DNA from: an uncultured Gammaproteobacteria bacterium
GTDB taxonomy: Bacteria > Patescibacteriota > Microgenomatia > Levybacterales > UBA12049
DNA length: 64,000 bases
Reading direction: 5' to 3'
Assembly: GCA_964474445.1 (NCBI GenBank)
Contig: CAYYSJ010000004.1
Location: 64,185 to 128,184 of the forward strand
Position numbers and translations under genes: made by a program. This document shows positions 29,126-38,334 of this stretch, in pieces (position 1 is the first letter of the stretch; each line of letters opens with the position of its first letter). Under the pieces are notes generated by a model that was given only the letters and a program-made list of their open reading frames with translations, made no database searches and was not told the origin of the DNA.

Positions 29126-29752
29126 CTATATTTTGCTTACCTGTAAGAAATCTAATTCAACTGGTGTTTCTCGTCCAAAAATACTAACCAAAACTCTGAG
29201 TTTGCCTTTTGTTTCATCTATACTATCAATAGTACCAAGGAAGTCAGAGAATGGACCATCCACAATCTTGACTGCTTCTCCAACAACAAATGATGCTTTG
29301 TAAAGAGGTTCTTCAAGCTTCATGAATTTCTGAATTGCTTCAACTTCTTTTTCTGAAATTGGGGTTGGCTTATTGCCAGCACCAATGAAAGCTGTTACAC
29401 CTGGAGTGGTGCGGACCAAAATCCATGATTCATCAGTTAAAACCATTCTGACAATCACATAGCCTGGGAAGATCTTCTCCTGAATTTGAGTCTTTTTGCC
29501 TTGATTTACTTTGGTTACTTCTCTTGTTGGGACAATGATATCAAAGATATGATTTTCAAAGCCCATGGTCTCTGCTCGTTGGCGAAGAGTCTTTGCAACT
29601 TTGTTTTCATGTCCTGCATAGGTATGGACAATATACCAACGTGCATTATCTGGTATGGTTGGTGTTGTTATCTTTTCTTCTACTTGTTGTTGTGTCTGGT
29701 TCATATAGTTTTGTTGTGCCGAACTTGTTTCAGCAGCTATACTATGCATCAT
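29126..29752 (-). CDS. nusG: transcription termination/antitermination factor NusG (with N-terminal extension)
   Basis: NGN domain (RWYIVHTYAGHENKV) and KOW (GEAVKIVDGPFSDFLGTI). 4-nt ATGA overlap with secE. Confidence 0.9.
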   Translation of the reverse strand: MMHSIAAETSSAQQNYMNQTQQQVEEKITTPTIPDNARWYIVHTYAGHENKVAKTLRQRAETMGFENHIFDIIVPTREVTKVNQGKKTQIQEKIFPGYVIVRMVLTDESWILVRTTPGVTAFIGAGNKPTPISEKEVEAIQKFMKLEEPLYKASFVVGEAVKIVDGPFSDFLGTIDSIDETKGKLRVLVSIFGRETPVELDFLQVSKI

Positions 29753-29931
29753 TTGACCACGACTTGGAGGAGTGAGGTGAAGATGTAATCAAGTCCACCG
29801 ATAAATACTCCCACAATGAGACTGACTAAGATGACTGTTCCGGTTAACCGAACCACTTCTTGTCGAGTCGGCCATGTAACCTTTTTGAGTTCTTCATATG
29901 TTTCTCTCAAAAAGCCTACTGGTGTGGTCAT
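29749..29931 (-). CDS. secE: preprotein translocase subunit SecE
   Basis: 60 aa, single C-terminal TM. Conserved position upstream of nusG. Confidence 0.85.
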   Translation of the reverse strand: MTTPVGFLRETYEELKKVTWPTRQEVVRLTGTVILVSLIVGVFIGGLDYIFTSLLQVVVK

Positions 29932-29969
29932 AACGTACTGTTAGTATGAAATATTCTATCAGAATCCCG

Positions 29970-29999
29970 TTGACAAGTAAAGAGGGAACAGACTAGAAT
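29970..29999 (+). promoter_or_regulatory. sigma70-like promoter TTGACA-18-TAGAAT for galU
   Basis: TTGACA 29970-29975, TAGAAT 29994-29999. Confidence 0.45.
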
Positions 30000-30038
30000 A
30001 GTACCATTACGTGCCAAGCATCACTCTCCCGATGCGTT

Positions 30039-30953
30039 GTGCACTACACTATACGAATGAAAAAGATTAGAAAAGCCGTTATTCCTGCAGCTGGGTTCGG
30101 TACCAGATTCCTTCCCCAAACAAAAGCAATGCCAAAGGAAATGCTCCCTGTCGTTGATAAGCCTGTTATTCAGTACGTTGTTGAGGAAGCTGTTGCAGCA
30201 GGTATTGAAGATATTATTATTGTTACTGGATATCACAAAAGGACAATTGAAGATCATTTTGACAAACCCTCGATGGAACTGGTTGAGAATCTTCGAATGG
30301 GTGGACCAAAGAAATTACCACTTTTGGAAGCTACTGAGAAAATTGCAGACATGGCCAATTTTGTTTATGTGAGGCAAAAGGGCCCATATGGTAACGGGAC
30401 ACCACTCTTAAATGTGCGTGAGCTTATTGGCGACGAACCTTTCCTATACACATGGTCTGATGATTTCATTCATGCAGAGCCCAAAAGTAGATTTCAGCAA
30501 CTTATAGAGGTATATGAAGAGTTTGGTTGTTCTGTCTTGGCATCTATCCGTGCGACCAAAAAAGAAGATTATGACAGATATGGATTTGCGGGGGGAGAAG
30601 AATTGAGGCCAGGGCTCATTGAAGCAAAGACGATTATTGAAAAACCCGGTAAAGATAATGCTCCTTCAAATCTAGCAAATGTTAGTGGATCTATTTTTAC
30701 CCCTGATATTTTTAATTACTTAGATAAAGCAAATGAAAACCTCCAAGAGGGTAATGAGTTATACTACAATGATGCACTTAAGCTGATGCTTGAGGATGGC
30801 AAGCGAGTATTGGCAGCAGAAATTAAGGGTGGAAAATACTACGATACAGGAAATAAACTGGAATATATGAAAACAGTTGTTGAATTTGCACTGAAGCATG
30901 ATGAGTTGAACGGTGAATTTAAAGAATTCCTCAGAGGTCTTAAATTAGAATAA
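30039..30953 (+). CDS. galU: UTP--glucose-1-phosphate uridylyltransferase
   Basis: KAVIPAAGFGTRFLPQTKAMPKEMLPVVDKPVIQYVVEEA signature. Likely start at MKKIRK (30057). Confidence 0.9.
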   Translation: MHYTIRMKKIRKAVIPAAGFGTRFLPQTKAMPKEMLPVVDKPVIQYVVEEAVAAGIEDIIIVTGYHKRTIEDHFDKPSMELVENLRMGGPKKLPLLEATEKIADMANFVYVRQKGPYGNGTPLLNVRELIGDEPFLYTWSDDFIHAEPKSRFQQLIEVYEEFGCSVLASIRATKKEDYDRYGFAGGEELRPGLIEAKTIIEKPGKDNAPSNLANVSGSIFTPDIFNYLDKANENLQEGNELYYNDALKLMLEDGKRVLAAEIKGGKYYDTGNKLEYMKTVVEFALKHDELNGEFKEFLRGLKLE

Positions 30954-31010
30954 AAAAATAAAAAGAAGTAACCTGTTATCTGCGAAAAACTTCAATCAAA
31001 TTCTATAGCC

Positions 31011-31361
31011 CTAGATAACTTGTTGTAGTAGTTGCGTTGTTTTTTCAAAACGTCGAGGTCTTGTCTGTAGACCATGATGATCGGTGGCGTAAATATATAC
31101 TTGTTCGAGTATGTTTTCATTCTCTGTTTGATATCTTCTGGTTGGGGGAAGAAAGAAGGGCCCGGGAAAAATAGATTCATGAACCCACACTGCTGTTTGT
31201 CGGTGTATTTGATTTGGAGCAAGATGATAGTCCCTTGATCTCACGCGCACCAAAAAGGGATTAAGTGATGGATTCCCAAAGATATTTTGAATATACTTTC
31301 CTGGTTTTTGATGTTTTACTGCTTGGATTGAAATTGCTGTTTCGGGGGAGAGGATTGCCAT
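31011..31361 (-). CDS. hypothetical small protein; paralog of 1316..1657
   Basis: Shared RVR..DY..P..IH...FPGP..P..RRY and YATDHHG blocks (see the 1316..1657 feature). Confidence 0.5.
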   Translation of the reverse strand: MAILSPETAISIQAVKHQKPGKYIQNIFGNPSLNPFLVRVRSRDYHLAPNQIHRQTAVWVHESIFPGPFFLPPTRRYQTENENILEQVYIYATDHHGLQTRPRRFEKTTQLLQQVI

Positions 31362-31446
31362 GGCGGTTGGTTTATACAGGAGGAATATAAGAAGTTATCT
31401 TGTCAGGCGTAAGAAACTAGATGCAAGACTTTATAAAGACTTGCAT

Positions 31447-31617
31447 CTATAAATTTTTACTTTTCATATTCTTTTTTGCGACCAATTCTTCAAGTTGGGA
31501 TTTCCATAAAGCACCTGATGTAATAGCAAGTTTTGCAGGAGATACTCTCTGTGATTCTGCACTATTCATAGTAGTGGTGTCTTCTGATAACAAAAATGGT
31601 GTATATACTTCAGACAT
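31447..31617 (-). CDS. small ORF (56 aa) with a strong Shine-Dalgarno
   Basis: AAAGGAGGTG 7 nt upstream of the ATG. Strong SDs are rare elsewhere in the window. Not in the supplied ORF track (under 60 aa). Confidence 0.35.
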   Translation of the reverse strand: MSEVYTPFLLSEDTTTMNSAESQRVSPAKLAITSGALWKSQLEELVAKKNMKSKNL

Positions 31618-31675
31618 ATTCTTTCACCTCCTTTTGTACACAGTATAGGAGAAACAAGGGGAGATGACTTGATAT

Positions 31676-32383
31676 TTGTCTTTTATAAACCTTACAAAAA
31701 GACAAAAAGCATGGTATGATGAAATCCCTATGCGAAAAATCTTCCAGTGGTTTGTATACAGAAAATGGTCAGTTGTTTTAGGAGGATGTGGATTTTTTGT
31801 ACTCTTTATTTTATTTTCCTACATTGTTCATCATAACCATTTTACTCAATTCGATTTTGATACAACAATAAGATTGCAGGACCATGTCAGTAGGCGATTT
31901 GATAGCTTGTTTTCCTATTTAAGTGCATTTGGAAGTTTTGAACCAATGAGTATTCTTCTCATAGTGCTCTTGATATTACGAAGAAAATTGATGGGGATTA
32001 TCGTGCTCGGTTTGTTTGGATTTTTACATATATTAGAATTATATGGCAAAACCTTTGTGAGTCACTTGCCTCCACCAGAATTTATGGTAAGGACACAGCA
32101 CCTCGTACAATTCCCTCAGTTTCATGTTCGGCTTGAAAACTCTTACCCTTCAGGACACATGGGAAGAGCACTTTTCATGACGACATTTCTGGGTGTTGTA
32201 GGGGTACATAGTAAGAAATTGTCTTGGATACAAAAAGTGTTTGTAATTATAGTTTTAGCTATATACGACTTAACTATGGCAATTAGCAGAATCTATTTAG
32301 GTGAGCATTGGGCTACTGACGTTATAGGAGGAAGTCTTCTTGGTGCTGCATGTGGACTCATTGGAGCAGTTTTTGTTCTGTAA
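31676..32383 (+). CDS. PAP2-superfamily phosphatase (membrane)
   Basis: PSGH and SRxxxxxHxxxD motifs (YPSGHMGRA; SRIYLGEHWATDV). Multi-TM. Confidence 0.8.
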   Translation: MSFINLTKRQKAWYDEIPMRKIFQWFVYRKWSVVLGGCGFFVLFILFSYIVHHNHFTQFDFDTTIRLQDHVSRRFDSLFSYLSAFGSFEPMSILLIVLLILRRKLMGIIVLGLFGFLHILELYGKTFVSHLPPPEFMVRTQHLVQFPQFHVRLENSYPSGHMGRALFMTTFLGVVGVHSKKLSWIQKVFVIIVLAIYDLTMAISRIYLGEHWATDVIGGSLLGAACGLIGAVFVL

Positions 32384-32411
32384 AAGATCTTTTCATCTCT
32401 ACACCTCCAAT

Positions 32412-33389
32412 TTATAGCCCCAACAATTCGGAAACTTTTACAAATTCAAATCCTTTTTGTTTTAATTGGTCAATAATAAGAGGAAGTGCATCCCCAGTCT
32501 TTGGTGCCGTAGGTTTACCATTCATATGTAAAACAATAATAGATCCATTCTGTGCATTGTCTACGACATTTTTAACGATAGAGGAGGGATTCTGGTTAAA
32601 GCCGTCACCTCCTACTACATCCCAGTGAACAATAATTAAATGAGCGCGCTTTTCAACAATATCCAAATCTTTCTGTCCATAACAGCCTCCAGGAAAACGG
32701 AACAGTTTATTATCAACTCCTACAATGTCTTTCAGAATTTTTTGTGTCCGTTGAATATCAACGAAACCTTGCGCATCAGAGATTTGTTTCAGTCCATAAC
32801 AATACCCATCATAGGATGTATCAGCATAAGAATGGCTTCCAATTTCAAAAAGGGGATTTTGTCCAAAACTATGTGCCTCCTGAGGATATAATTCGGTCCA
32901 CATGCCTGTTAGGAAGAGAGTTGCCTTTGTTTGCGTTGCCTCAAGGATTTGAATAATACGTGGATCATAGGAAGGAGTACCAGTCAAAAATGCCTTTTTC
33001 ATGCCATCAGTCATTTCGGCATCAAAGGTAAGAGCAATTTGTTTTTTGTCCCTTGCTCCATGGAAGAAAATATTTTTCTTGAGTACTGTAATTGTTGGGT
33101 TAATTTCTAACTGATCCAAAGGACTCCCTGTTTCAACATAGGGTGTTTCTCCTTCAGGAAGACCAGGTATTTTCATGATATTTTTTGCCTCTGCTGCTAT
33201 AGGAAGATTCAGATTTTTGGCAGTATAGAGGCCAAATACAAAAGTAGATGCAGTAGCTGTAATAAATATAAGGAGGAGAAAGAAAAGAAGTGATTTAAAA
33301 TGATGACTTTCAAATGTCAGAATTTTTATTTTCAGGCTTCTTCTCTTAGGAAATGTCTGTAGCCCATCTTGTTTGGCATTTTTTTTCAT
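32412..33389 (-). CDS. polysaccharide deacetylase (CE4/NodB family), membrane-anchored
   Basis: N-terminal TM, then LTFDAE...HSY...LFRFPGG NodB-type motifs. Confidence 0.85.
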   Translation of the reverse strand: MKKNAKQDGLQTFPKRRSLKIKILTFESHHFKSLLFFLLLIFITATASTFVFGLYTAKNLNLPIAAEAKNIMKIPGLPEGETPYVETGSPLDQLEINPTITVLKKNIFFHGARDKKQIALTFDAEMTDGMKKAFLTGTPSYDPRIIQILEATQTKATLFLTGMWTELYPQEAHSFGQNPLFEIGSHSYADTSYDGYCYGLKQISDAQGFVDIQRTQKILKDIVGVDNKLFRFPGGCYGQKDLDIVEKRAHLIIVHWDVVGGDGFNQNPSSIVKNVVDNAQNGSIIVLHMNGKPTAPKTGDALPLIIDQLKQKGFEFVKVSELLGL

Positions 33390-33394
33390 GCCTC

Positions 33395-36025
33395 CTATTT
33401 TCCACTACTTTTCCCTTTTTGTGAAGACCCATTTTGGGTGTTTGGTTGGGTTTGAGCAGGTTTGCTTTGCGACTGCTGTTGTGCAGGAGGATTTGGTTTG
33501 GTTTGTGCTGGTTGTGGAGCTGCCTGTTTGGCAGGTTTAGGGGATGTTATTTGCTGTTGGATAACTTGAATACTGGTTGCACGTATCACTTCAGGTTGAG
33601 GAGGGGTGGCGGTTGTAGGTTTAGCAATAGGTTGTATTGTTGCGGACGGAATAGCGGTTGGGGAAGGCAAGAGATTTCTACCAGGAGATACTTGAGGAGA
33701 TACTCCACCAGGTTGGAGCAGATTTGGTTTTCCGGTGGGTGTTGCCTTTACACCGGTGATCAGGGGTTGAGATACACCACTTGGCACAGGAACAGAGGAG
33801 GTGATCGTTGCAGGAGTTTGTTGAGAAGTTGTTACTGATACAGGAGTATTTTGGTTTGTTGGTACAACAAGAGAAGAAGGATTTAAAGAGCCTTTTGTTA
33901 GTTGAGGTATTCCTGTGGGAGTTGTCTGTGATTGAACTGGTGCAGAAGAATCTGATTTCACTGGTTCAACAAGATTTCCATGTACGACAAGTACACTTCC
34001 TGGTTTAATAGATTGCAGTTCCACATTAGTATCTTTTGCTTTGATAGCTGTTTTTGGAGTCAGGTCAACTTGGACGAAATTCCCATTATCACTCACAACC
34101 ATTGTATTGTCTTTTGTATTCACTTTTACTGCCACAACAGGATGAGGAGCTGCTATTTCTTGAGGAATATTATTGACAATAAGAGATGGAGTAATGACGC
34201 TTCCTTTCGTGTTTCCCAATATAGCAATACTTGCGCCTTTTTTAAAACGGGAGGTTACTCCTGATTGGATATCTTCGATTGCACCGGAAGGACTTAGGGT
34301 AGGTGAGATTGCCTCAGAAATAGTTGGAGAAAGAGACGGAGAAGAGGCAGGGGTATTTTGTCCTTGAGCTGATGTTGCAGAGACTGGAGTTGGGGTTGCT
34401 GTGACATGACTTTGATCTTTTACTTTGAGATTTTGATCGACAGGGATTGTTACTTGTTGGCCTCCTGATGTTTGCACAACAATATGATCTGGTGCCGTAT
34501 CAATGATTTTTCCGACAATTGGCTGTTGTGCAAGGTTTGCAGCGGTTTTTGCATCTGCTAAATGTGGCTCAACATCAACAAGCTGAGTACGGGCTTGATT
34601 TGCAATGGTTGTAATAAGCTGTGCTCTTTGACTGTCATTTTTGGCTGAAGTGAACTGGTCATGTAATACAGAAAAACGAGTATCGGAAATTGCTTTTATC
34701 GTTAATTGGGTTGACTGATCAGGTGGAAGTACGGAATCTTTTGCAACTTGTCGTACAACATCTGATACAGTTTGGAGAGTTTGTGTTGCTTCTTGTGTTT
34801 TTCCTTGTTTTGTTAGTTGATACGCTCTTGCAAGTTCCGTTTTTGCATATGACAAGGAGACCTGTTGTCGTGCTTTTTCTCCAATAACGACTGCTTTTTG
34901 GACACCAAACCAAATAGTATTAATAACTGGGGGAAGAGTTGTTTTTGGTAAATCTTTTGGTTGAATAACAAGGGAAAGATCTTTTTGAGAAATTCCTAAG
35001 TCTGCAGCGGTGATATTGGGGAGAGGGACATTAATTGGTGTTGTAGCGCCTAAGACAGTTTGTAATGAAGGATTCATAACTAACGGATCAAGTGCTTGGG
35101 GGCTATCTGGTATGGAAGAATCGTCTTTCTCAGGAATAGTGCTTCCGACAAGGGCATAATTTCTTGTATAGATAAGCTCTGAAATGTGAGCCAAAATATT
35201 AGGATTTCCTAAATTAGAAAACATACTCAAGATATAGTGTTGATTGTTGCCAATAACAATGCCTCCATCATGATACAAAGGATCCAAATCTCCTGTCTTA
35301 TGTTCTATCGTAAGGTTTGATGGAAGGTAAGCAGGGAGCATAGAGTTAATTTTCTGGTGAGAGAGAATTTGTTGTAGCTGTTGGCTGCCTGGTAGTTTGT
35401 TGTTATCAATGATTTCGTATGCTTTTGCATAATCAGCGGCAGTTGTCGTATTAATATTGTATCCAGGGGTAGTAAATTCGTACTGTGTTTGATTATCATC
35501 TAGATTTAATTTTGATCCAACAATGGTATGTGTTAAACCCAGACTTTGTACATACTCTGTAATATTTTTTCTGTCGAATAAATCCAACAGAGTATTATAT
35601 GACGTATTATCAGATTGCGTAATCATTTTTTGAATTAACGTATCTACTGTCGTGATAAGGCCGGAGGTTAAGACAGGATATTCAGGTGTTTCCAACTCAG
35701 TTGGAACAACATTCTTATCATCTATTGTTACCCAATCAGTTAAGGAAATGTGCTTTTTGGCAATTTGATCGTACGCATACATAGCAACGAATAATTTAAC
35801 AGTACTTGCTGGAAGCCATTGCTTAGTGGAATTAATAGAGACAGTGTTAGGAGACTGTTTATCAACGAAATAAATACTAACATAATCTAAATAATTGCGA
35901 AGAGCTAAGTCAGCAATAATGGCGTCTGATAAAGAGACAGATGGTTGGGAGTCAGCAAAAACAAACTTTGGGAACAGCAAAAGAGAAAGACACAAAACAC
36001 AGAATATCTTCGCTACTTTTAGCAT
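33395..36025 (-). CDS. secreted serine hydrolase of the PBP/beta-lactamase (S11/class A-like) fold with ~500-aa low-complexity P/T/S/Q-rich C-terminal region
   Basis: Signal peptide. SxxK (ASTVK), SDN (SDNTS) and KTG (HKTGDL) motifs in order. Confidence 0.75.
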   Translation of the reverse strand: MLKVAKIFCVLCLSLLLFPKFVFADSQPSVSLSDAIIADLALRNYLDYVSIYFVDKQSPNTVSINSTKQWLPASTVKLFVAMYAYDQIAKKHISLTDWVTIDDKNVVPTELETPEYPVLTSGLITTVDTLIQKMITQSDNTSYNTLLDLFDRKNITEYVQSLGLTHTIVGSKLNLDDNQTQYEFTTPGYNINTTTAADYAKAYEIIDNNKLPGSQQLQQILSHQKINSMLPAYLPSNLTIEHKTGDLDPLYHDGGIVIGNNQHYILSMFSNLGNPNILAHISELIYTRNYALVGSTIPEKDDSSIPDSPQALDPLVMNPSLQTVLGATTPINVPLPNITAADLGISQKDLSLVIQPKDLPKTTLPPVINTIWFGVQKAVVIGEKARQQVSLSYAKTELARAYQLTKQGKTQEATQTLQTVSDVVRQVAKDSVLPPDQSTQLTIKAISDTRFSVLHDQFTSAKNDSQRAQLITTIANQARTQLVDVEPHLADAKTAANLAQQPIVGKIIDTAPDHIVVQTSGGQQVTIPVDQNLKVKDQSHVTATPTPVSATSAQGQNTPASSPSLSPTISEAISPTLSPSGAIEDIQSGVTSRFKKGASIAILGNTKGSVITPSLIVNNIPQEIAAPHPVVAVKVNTKDNTMVVSDNGNFVQVDLTPKTAIKAKDTNVELQSIKPGSVLVVHGNLVEPVKSDSSAPVQSQTTPTGIPQLTKGSLNPSSLVVPTNQNTPVSVTTSQQTPATITSSVPVPSGVSQPLITGVKATPTGKPNLLQPGGVSPQVSPGRNLLPSPTAIPSATIQPIAKPTTATPPQPEVIRATSIQVIQQQITSPKPAKQAAPQPAQTKPNPPAQQQSQSKPAQTQPNTQNGSSQKGKSSGK

Positions 36026-36107
36026 ACTTTCTTAAGCATAAGATGGAATTTAAGAAAAGGTCAATGGGCAATTTCAAATTCTATTCAGGCACATTGATAA
36101 AAAAGGT

Positions 36108-36875
36108 TTAATACGTAGATTGTGAAGAAGAATTTGTATGTGGGACTGTACCGTACTGATATAAATTTTGCTGGTATTTTCTTTGCTGTTGTTTTTGACT
36201 TCCATTTCCCAAAAAACTCCATATGGTTAATACTACTGCGAGAGTAAGCAAAAGAATTTTCAGAGGCTTATGATTCATGGATATCCACCAGCTTGGGTAA
36301 CTATCTGACATACCCAAAACATATGCACTAACAGCCTGGTCAACTCTAACGCTATCTCTTACAATTTCATAGGTTGTTTCTGGATATCGTCTTTTAAACA
36401 AGACAGAAATCCAGCTTACCATGATGGCAAGAAATGCTGCCATATTCACCACATGACGATAGAAAAGATAGGGAATCATAAGAATAGTACGAGCTGCATA
36501 TCCTAGAAGCGGTGTTGCAAACAGTCTATTTGGAGTTTTATTAAAAGGGATGGTAAATGTATAATCTGGTGTTGTGGTAAGTGAAAATCCTGGGTAAATA
36601 TCTGTAAGCCCAAAAAGGAAATAGGAAACGTTTGTCTCAAGGCGCATAGTCCCAAGATTGAGGTCATATGCTAATTTCCAATATCTCCCGCGAAAGAAAA
36701 TGTTAAACGAATTCAAGATACTAGCAAAAAAAACCATTATACGAAGGAGGAAAATCTCAATACTAACAGGGATTATCATAACAAGCTTTATCAAAAAGCC
36801 AACAAGAGGGACAGCATAGAGGCGATTAGGACGTCGGATACGTTCAATGGCAATTTCCGGATACATTCTCCCCAT
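36108..36875 (-). CDS. DUF4389-like repeat membrane protein
   Basis: Two repeats of RPNRLYAVPLVGFLIKLVMIIP / TPNRLFATPLLGYAARTILMIPYLF-type segments. Multi-TM. Confidence 0.55.
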   Translation of the reverse strand: MGRMYPEIAIERIRRPNRLYAVPLVGFLIKLVMIIPVSIEIFLLRIMVFFASILNSFNIFFRGRYWKLAYDLNLGTMRLETNVSYFLFGLTDIYPGFSLTTTPDYTFTIPFNKTPNRLFATPLLGYAARTILMIPYLFYRHVVNMAAFLAIMVSWISVLFKRRYPETTYEIVRDSVRVDQAVSAYVLGMSDSYPSWWISMNHKPLKILLLTLAVVLTIWSFLGNGSQKQQQRKYQQNLYQYGTVPHTNSSSQSTY

Positions 36876-36918
36876 ACTTTGATTATTGACAGCTTTTGTG
36901 TGCTTGTCAAGTTAGGGA

Positions 36919-37368
36919 TTAAGACTTGGGAGATGGTAAGGAACGATCAGAGACTTTTGGTGTTAGGGGATTCTTCCCATCACAACTTGTATGTCCTTTA
37001 CAAGAAGTTGCAACGGTTGAGAGCCAATTAGCGACAGATTGGCAACTTTTTGCTGAGCCTAAGATAATTTTGGTATTGTCTCCACAAGAATAATGAACAT
37101 ATCGATAAAGACCATTCCCACAAGATTCTACTACAGAAAGGTTACCTTTGAGGACAAAACAGCCATTGGAAAGATGACTACTATCGGTGGAGATAGTATC
37201 CTTCGTCTCAGCTGCTTGTGTTTCAATTCCTTTTACAGATTTATAGGTCGAATAGGTATATAAAGCAACAAAGACAACACCAAGGAGTACCAGGAGCATC
37301 CCGATAAGCCACTTGTTGGATGCTGCAAGGGTACGAATAACACTCGTTTTGTGATGAAGCTTTGCCAT
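36919..37368 (-). CDS. membrane-anchored Cys-rich extracytoplasmic protein
   Basis: N-terminal TM plus 6 Cys in ~100 aa. Confidence 0.5.
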   Translation of the reverse strand: MAKLHHKTSVIRTLAASNKWLIGMLLVLLGVVFVALYTYSTYKSVKGIETQAAETKDTISTDSSHLSNGCFVLKGNLSVVESCGNGLYRYVHYSCGDNTKIILGSAKSCQSVANWLSTVATSCKGHTSCDGKNPLTPKVSDRSLPSPKS

Positions 37369-37568
37369 GTTATTGTAATAGTGAATTATGCAAAGAGGGA
37401 TGTCAATAAGTGATTAGTGTTTTGTTAAAAAGAATCCAATATATGCAATAGCAAGTCCAATAGACAGAACACCGAGTCCAATAAGTATCATGTTACTCCA
37501 CGTATAGTCCTGGGGGATAAGTGGTTTTTTCTTCATCAGTTTGATTATTAGTACGATAGGAATATATG

Positions 37569-38138
37569 TCAACCAGCAACAGGGGTATGTTTTTTGTTTG
37601 CTGTAAGACTAAATCCAAAAAGAGAAAATAATGCAAGTCCACTCATACAGAAGAAAAGAAAACGGAACCCAAACCAGGTAACTAAAAATCCTCCTAAAAA
37701 CGTCCCAGATGCAGTCATAATATTGCTAATAATTTGCCAGTCTGCATAATCATGAATATGTTCATGCTTCTCCAAATGTTCAGCAAAAAGGGCATTAAAT
37801 GCAGGAGAGCCAAATGATTCTCCCATTCCTAAAAGAATTTGCAGCAAAATCAGTTCGGGCAATGAATGGATAAATCCATACATGAGCCACACAAATGCTC
37901 GTATAAGAAAGCCAGCTCTGAGCATATCTATCTCACGGTTTGTTCCATCTTTAAAACGAGAGATAACGTATGTGCCAACAGTTGTTGCTATCAAAAAAAC
38001 AGACCATGAAGTACTAACAGTAATAACACTTTGTCCTAAACGAAGGACATAGACAGCGTACAAAGGTCCAAGGAGGCTTGATGCAAGGACAAAAACTCCA
38101 TTAAAGGTAAAGAGGGCACGAAGAATTGAATCTCTCAC
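37569..38138 (-). CDS. MFS-like 6-TM half-size transporter (possible truncated remnant)
   Basis: 189 aa, six hydrophobic helices resembling one MFS half. No second half found adjacent. Confidence 0.5.
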   Translation of the reverse strand: MRDSILRALFTFNGVFVLASSLLGPLYAVYVLRLGQSVITVSTSWSVFLIATTVGTYVISRFKDGTNREIDMLRAGFLIRAFVWLMYGFIHSLPELILLQILLGMGESFGSPAFNALFAEHLEKHEHIHDYADWQIISNIMTASGTFLGGFLVTWFGFRFLFFCMSGLALFSLFGFSLTANKKHTPVAG

Positions 38139-38205
38139 ACTTTTAGTATAGACACTTTTTAAGACTTTTTTGCAAGATTCAATATGCTTTCCAAAAAGTA
38201 ATCAA

Positions 38206-38234
38206 TTGACAAAGGGGAAATGTCACAGTATAGT
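38206..38234 (+). promoter_or_regulatory. sigma70-like promoter TTGACA-17-TATAGT
   Basis: TTGACA 38206-38211, TATAGT 38229-38234. Leader ORF ATG at 38244. Confidence 0.55.
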
Positions 38235-38243
38235 CTCTTTACT

Positions 38244-38285
38244 ATGATACTCAACACAGTTGTTTGCTGCTGCAGCTTCGCTTAG
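38244..38285 (+). CDS. leader peptide MILNTVVCCCSFA (13 codons) with three tandem Cys codons
   Basis: ATG ATA CTC AAC ACA GTT GTT TGC TGC TGC AGC TTC GCT TAG. The stop overlaps the first GCGGGG segment of the alternative hairpins. Confidence 0.5.
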   Translation: MILNTVVCCCSFA

Positions 38286-38334
38286 CGGGGTTGTAGTTTT
38301 CTTGTGTTTAACACCCCGCAAAGCGGGGTTTTTT
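38285..38334 (+). promoter_or_regulatory. attenuator: alternative antiterminator (GCGGGG 38285-38290 : CCCCGC 38314-38319) versus terminator (CCCCGC : GCGGGG 38323-38328 + T6 38329-38334)
   Basis: Mutually exclusive hairpins read directly from the sequence. Terminator sits 14 nt upstream of the LmbE-family gene start. Confidence 0.5.

Noticed and set aside
31011-31361. Possible MsrB/Mss4-like fold for the small paralog family (FPGP..P..RRY resembling the DGP.PTG.RYC motif)
   Set aside because: The catalytic Cys and the zinc CxxC pairs are absent. The resemblance is too short to claim.
33434-34367. Several plus-strand ORFs inside the 876-aa gene, and similar antisense ORFs inside otsA, GT4, the ATPase and other large genes
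   Set aside because: Antisense shadows of long, well-supported minus-strand or plus-strand genes.
37414-37536. 40-aa single-TM ORF (MKKKPLIPQDYTWSNMILIGLGVLSIGLAIAYIGFFLTKH) between the Cys-rich protein and the MFS half
   Set aside because: It is plausible as a small membrane protein but very short, with no SD and no way to test conservation here. Not listed as a feature.
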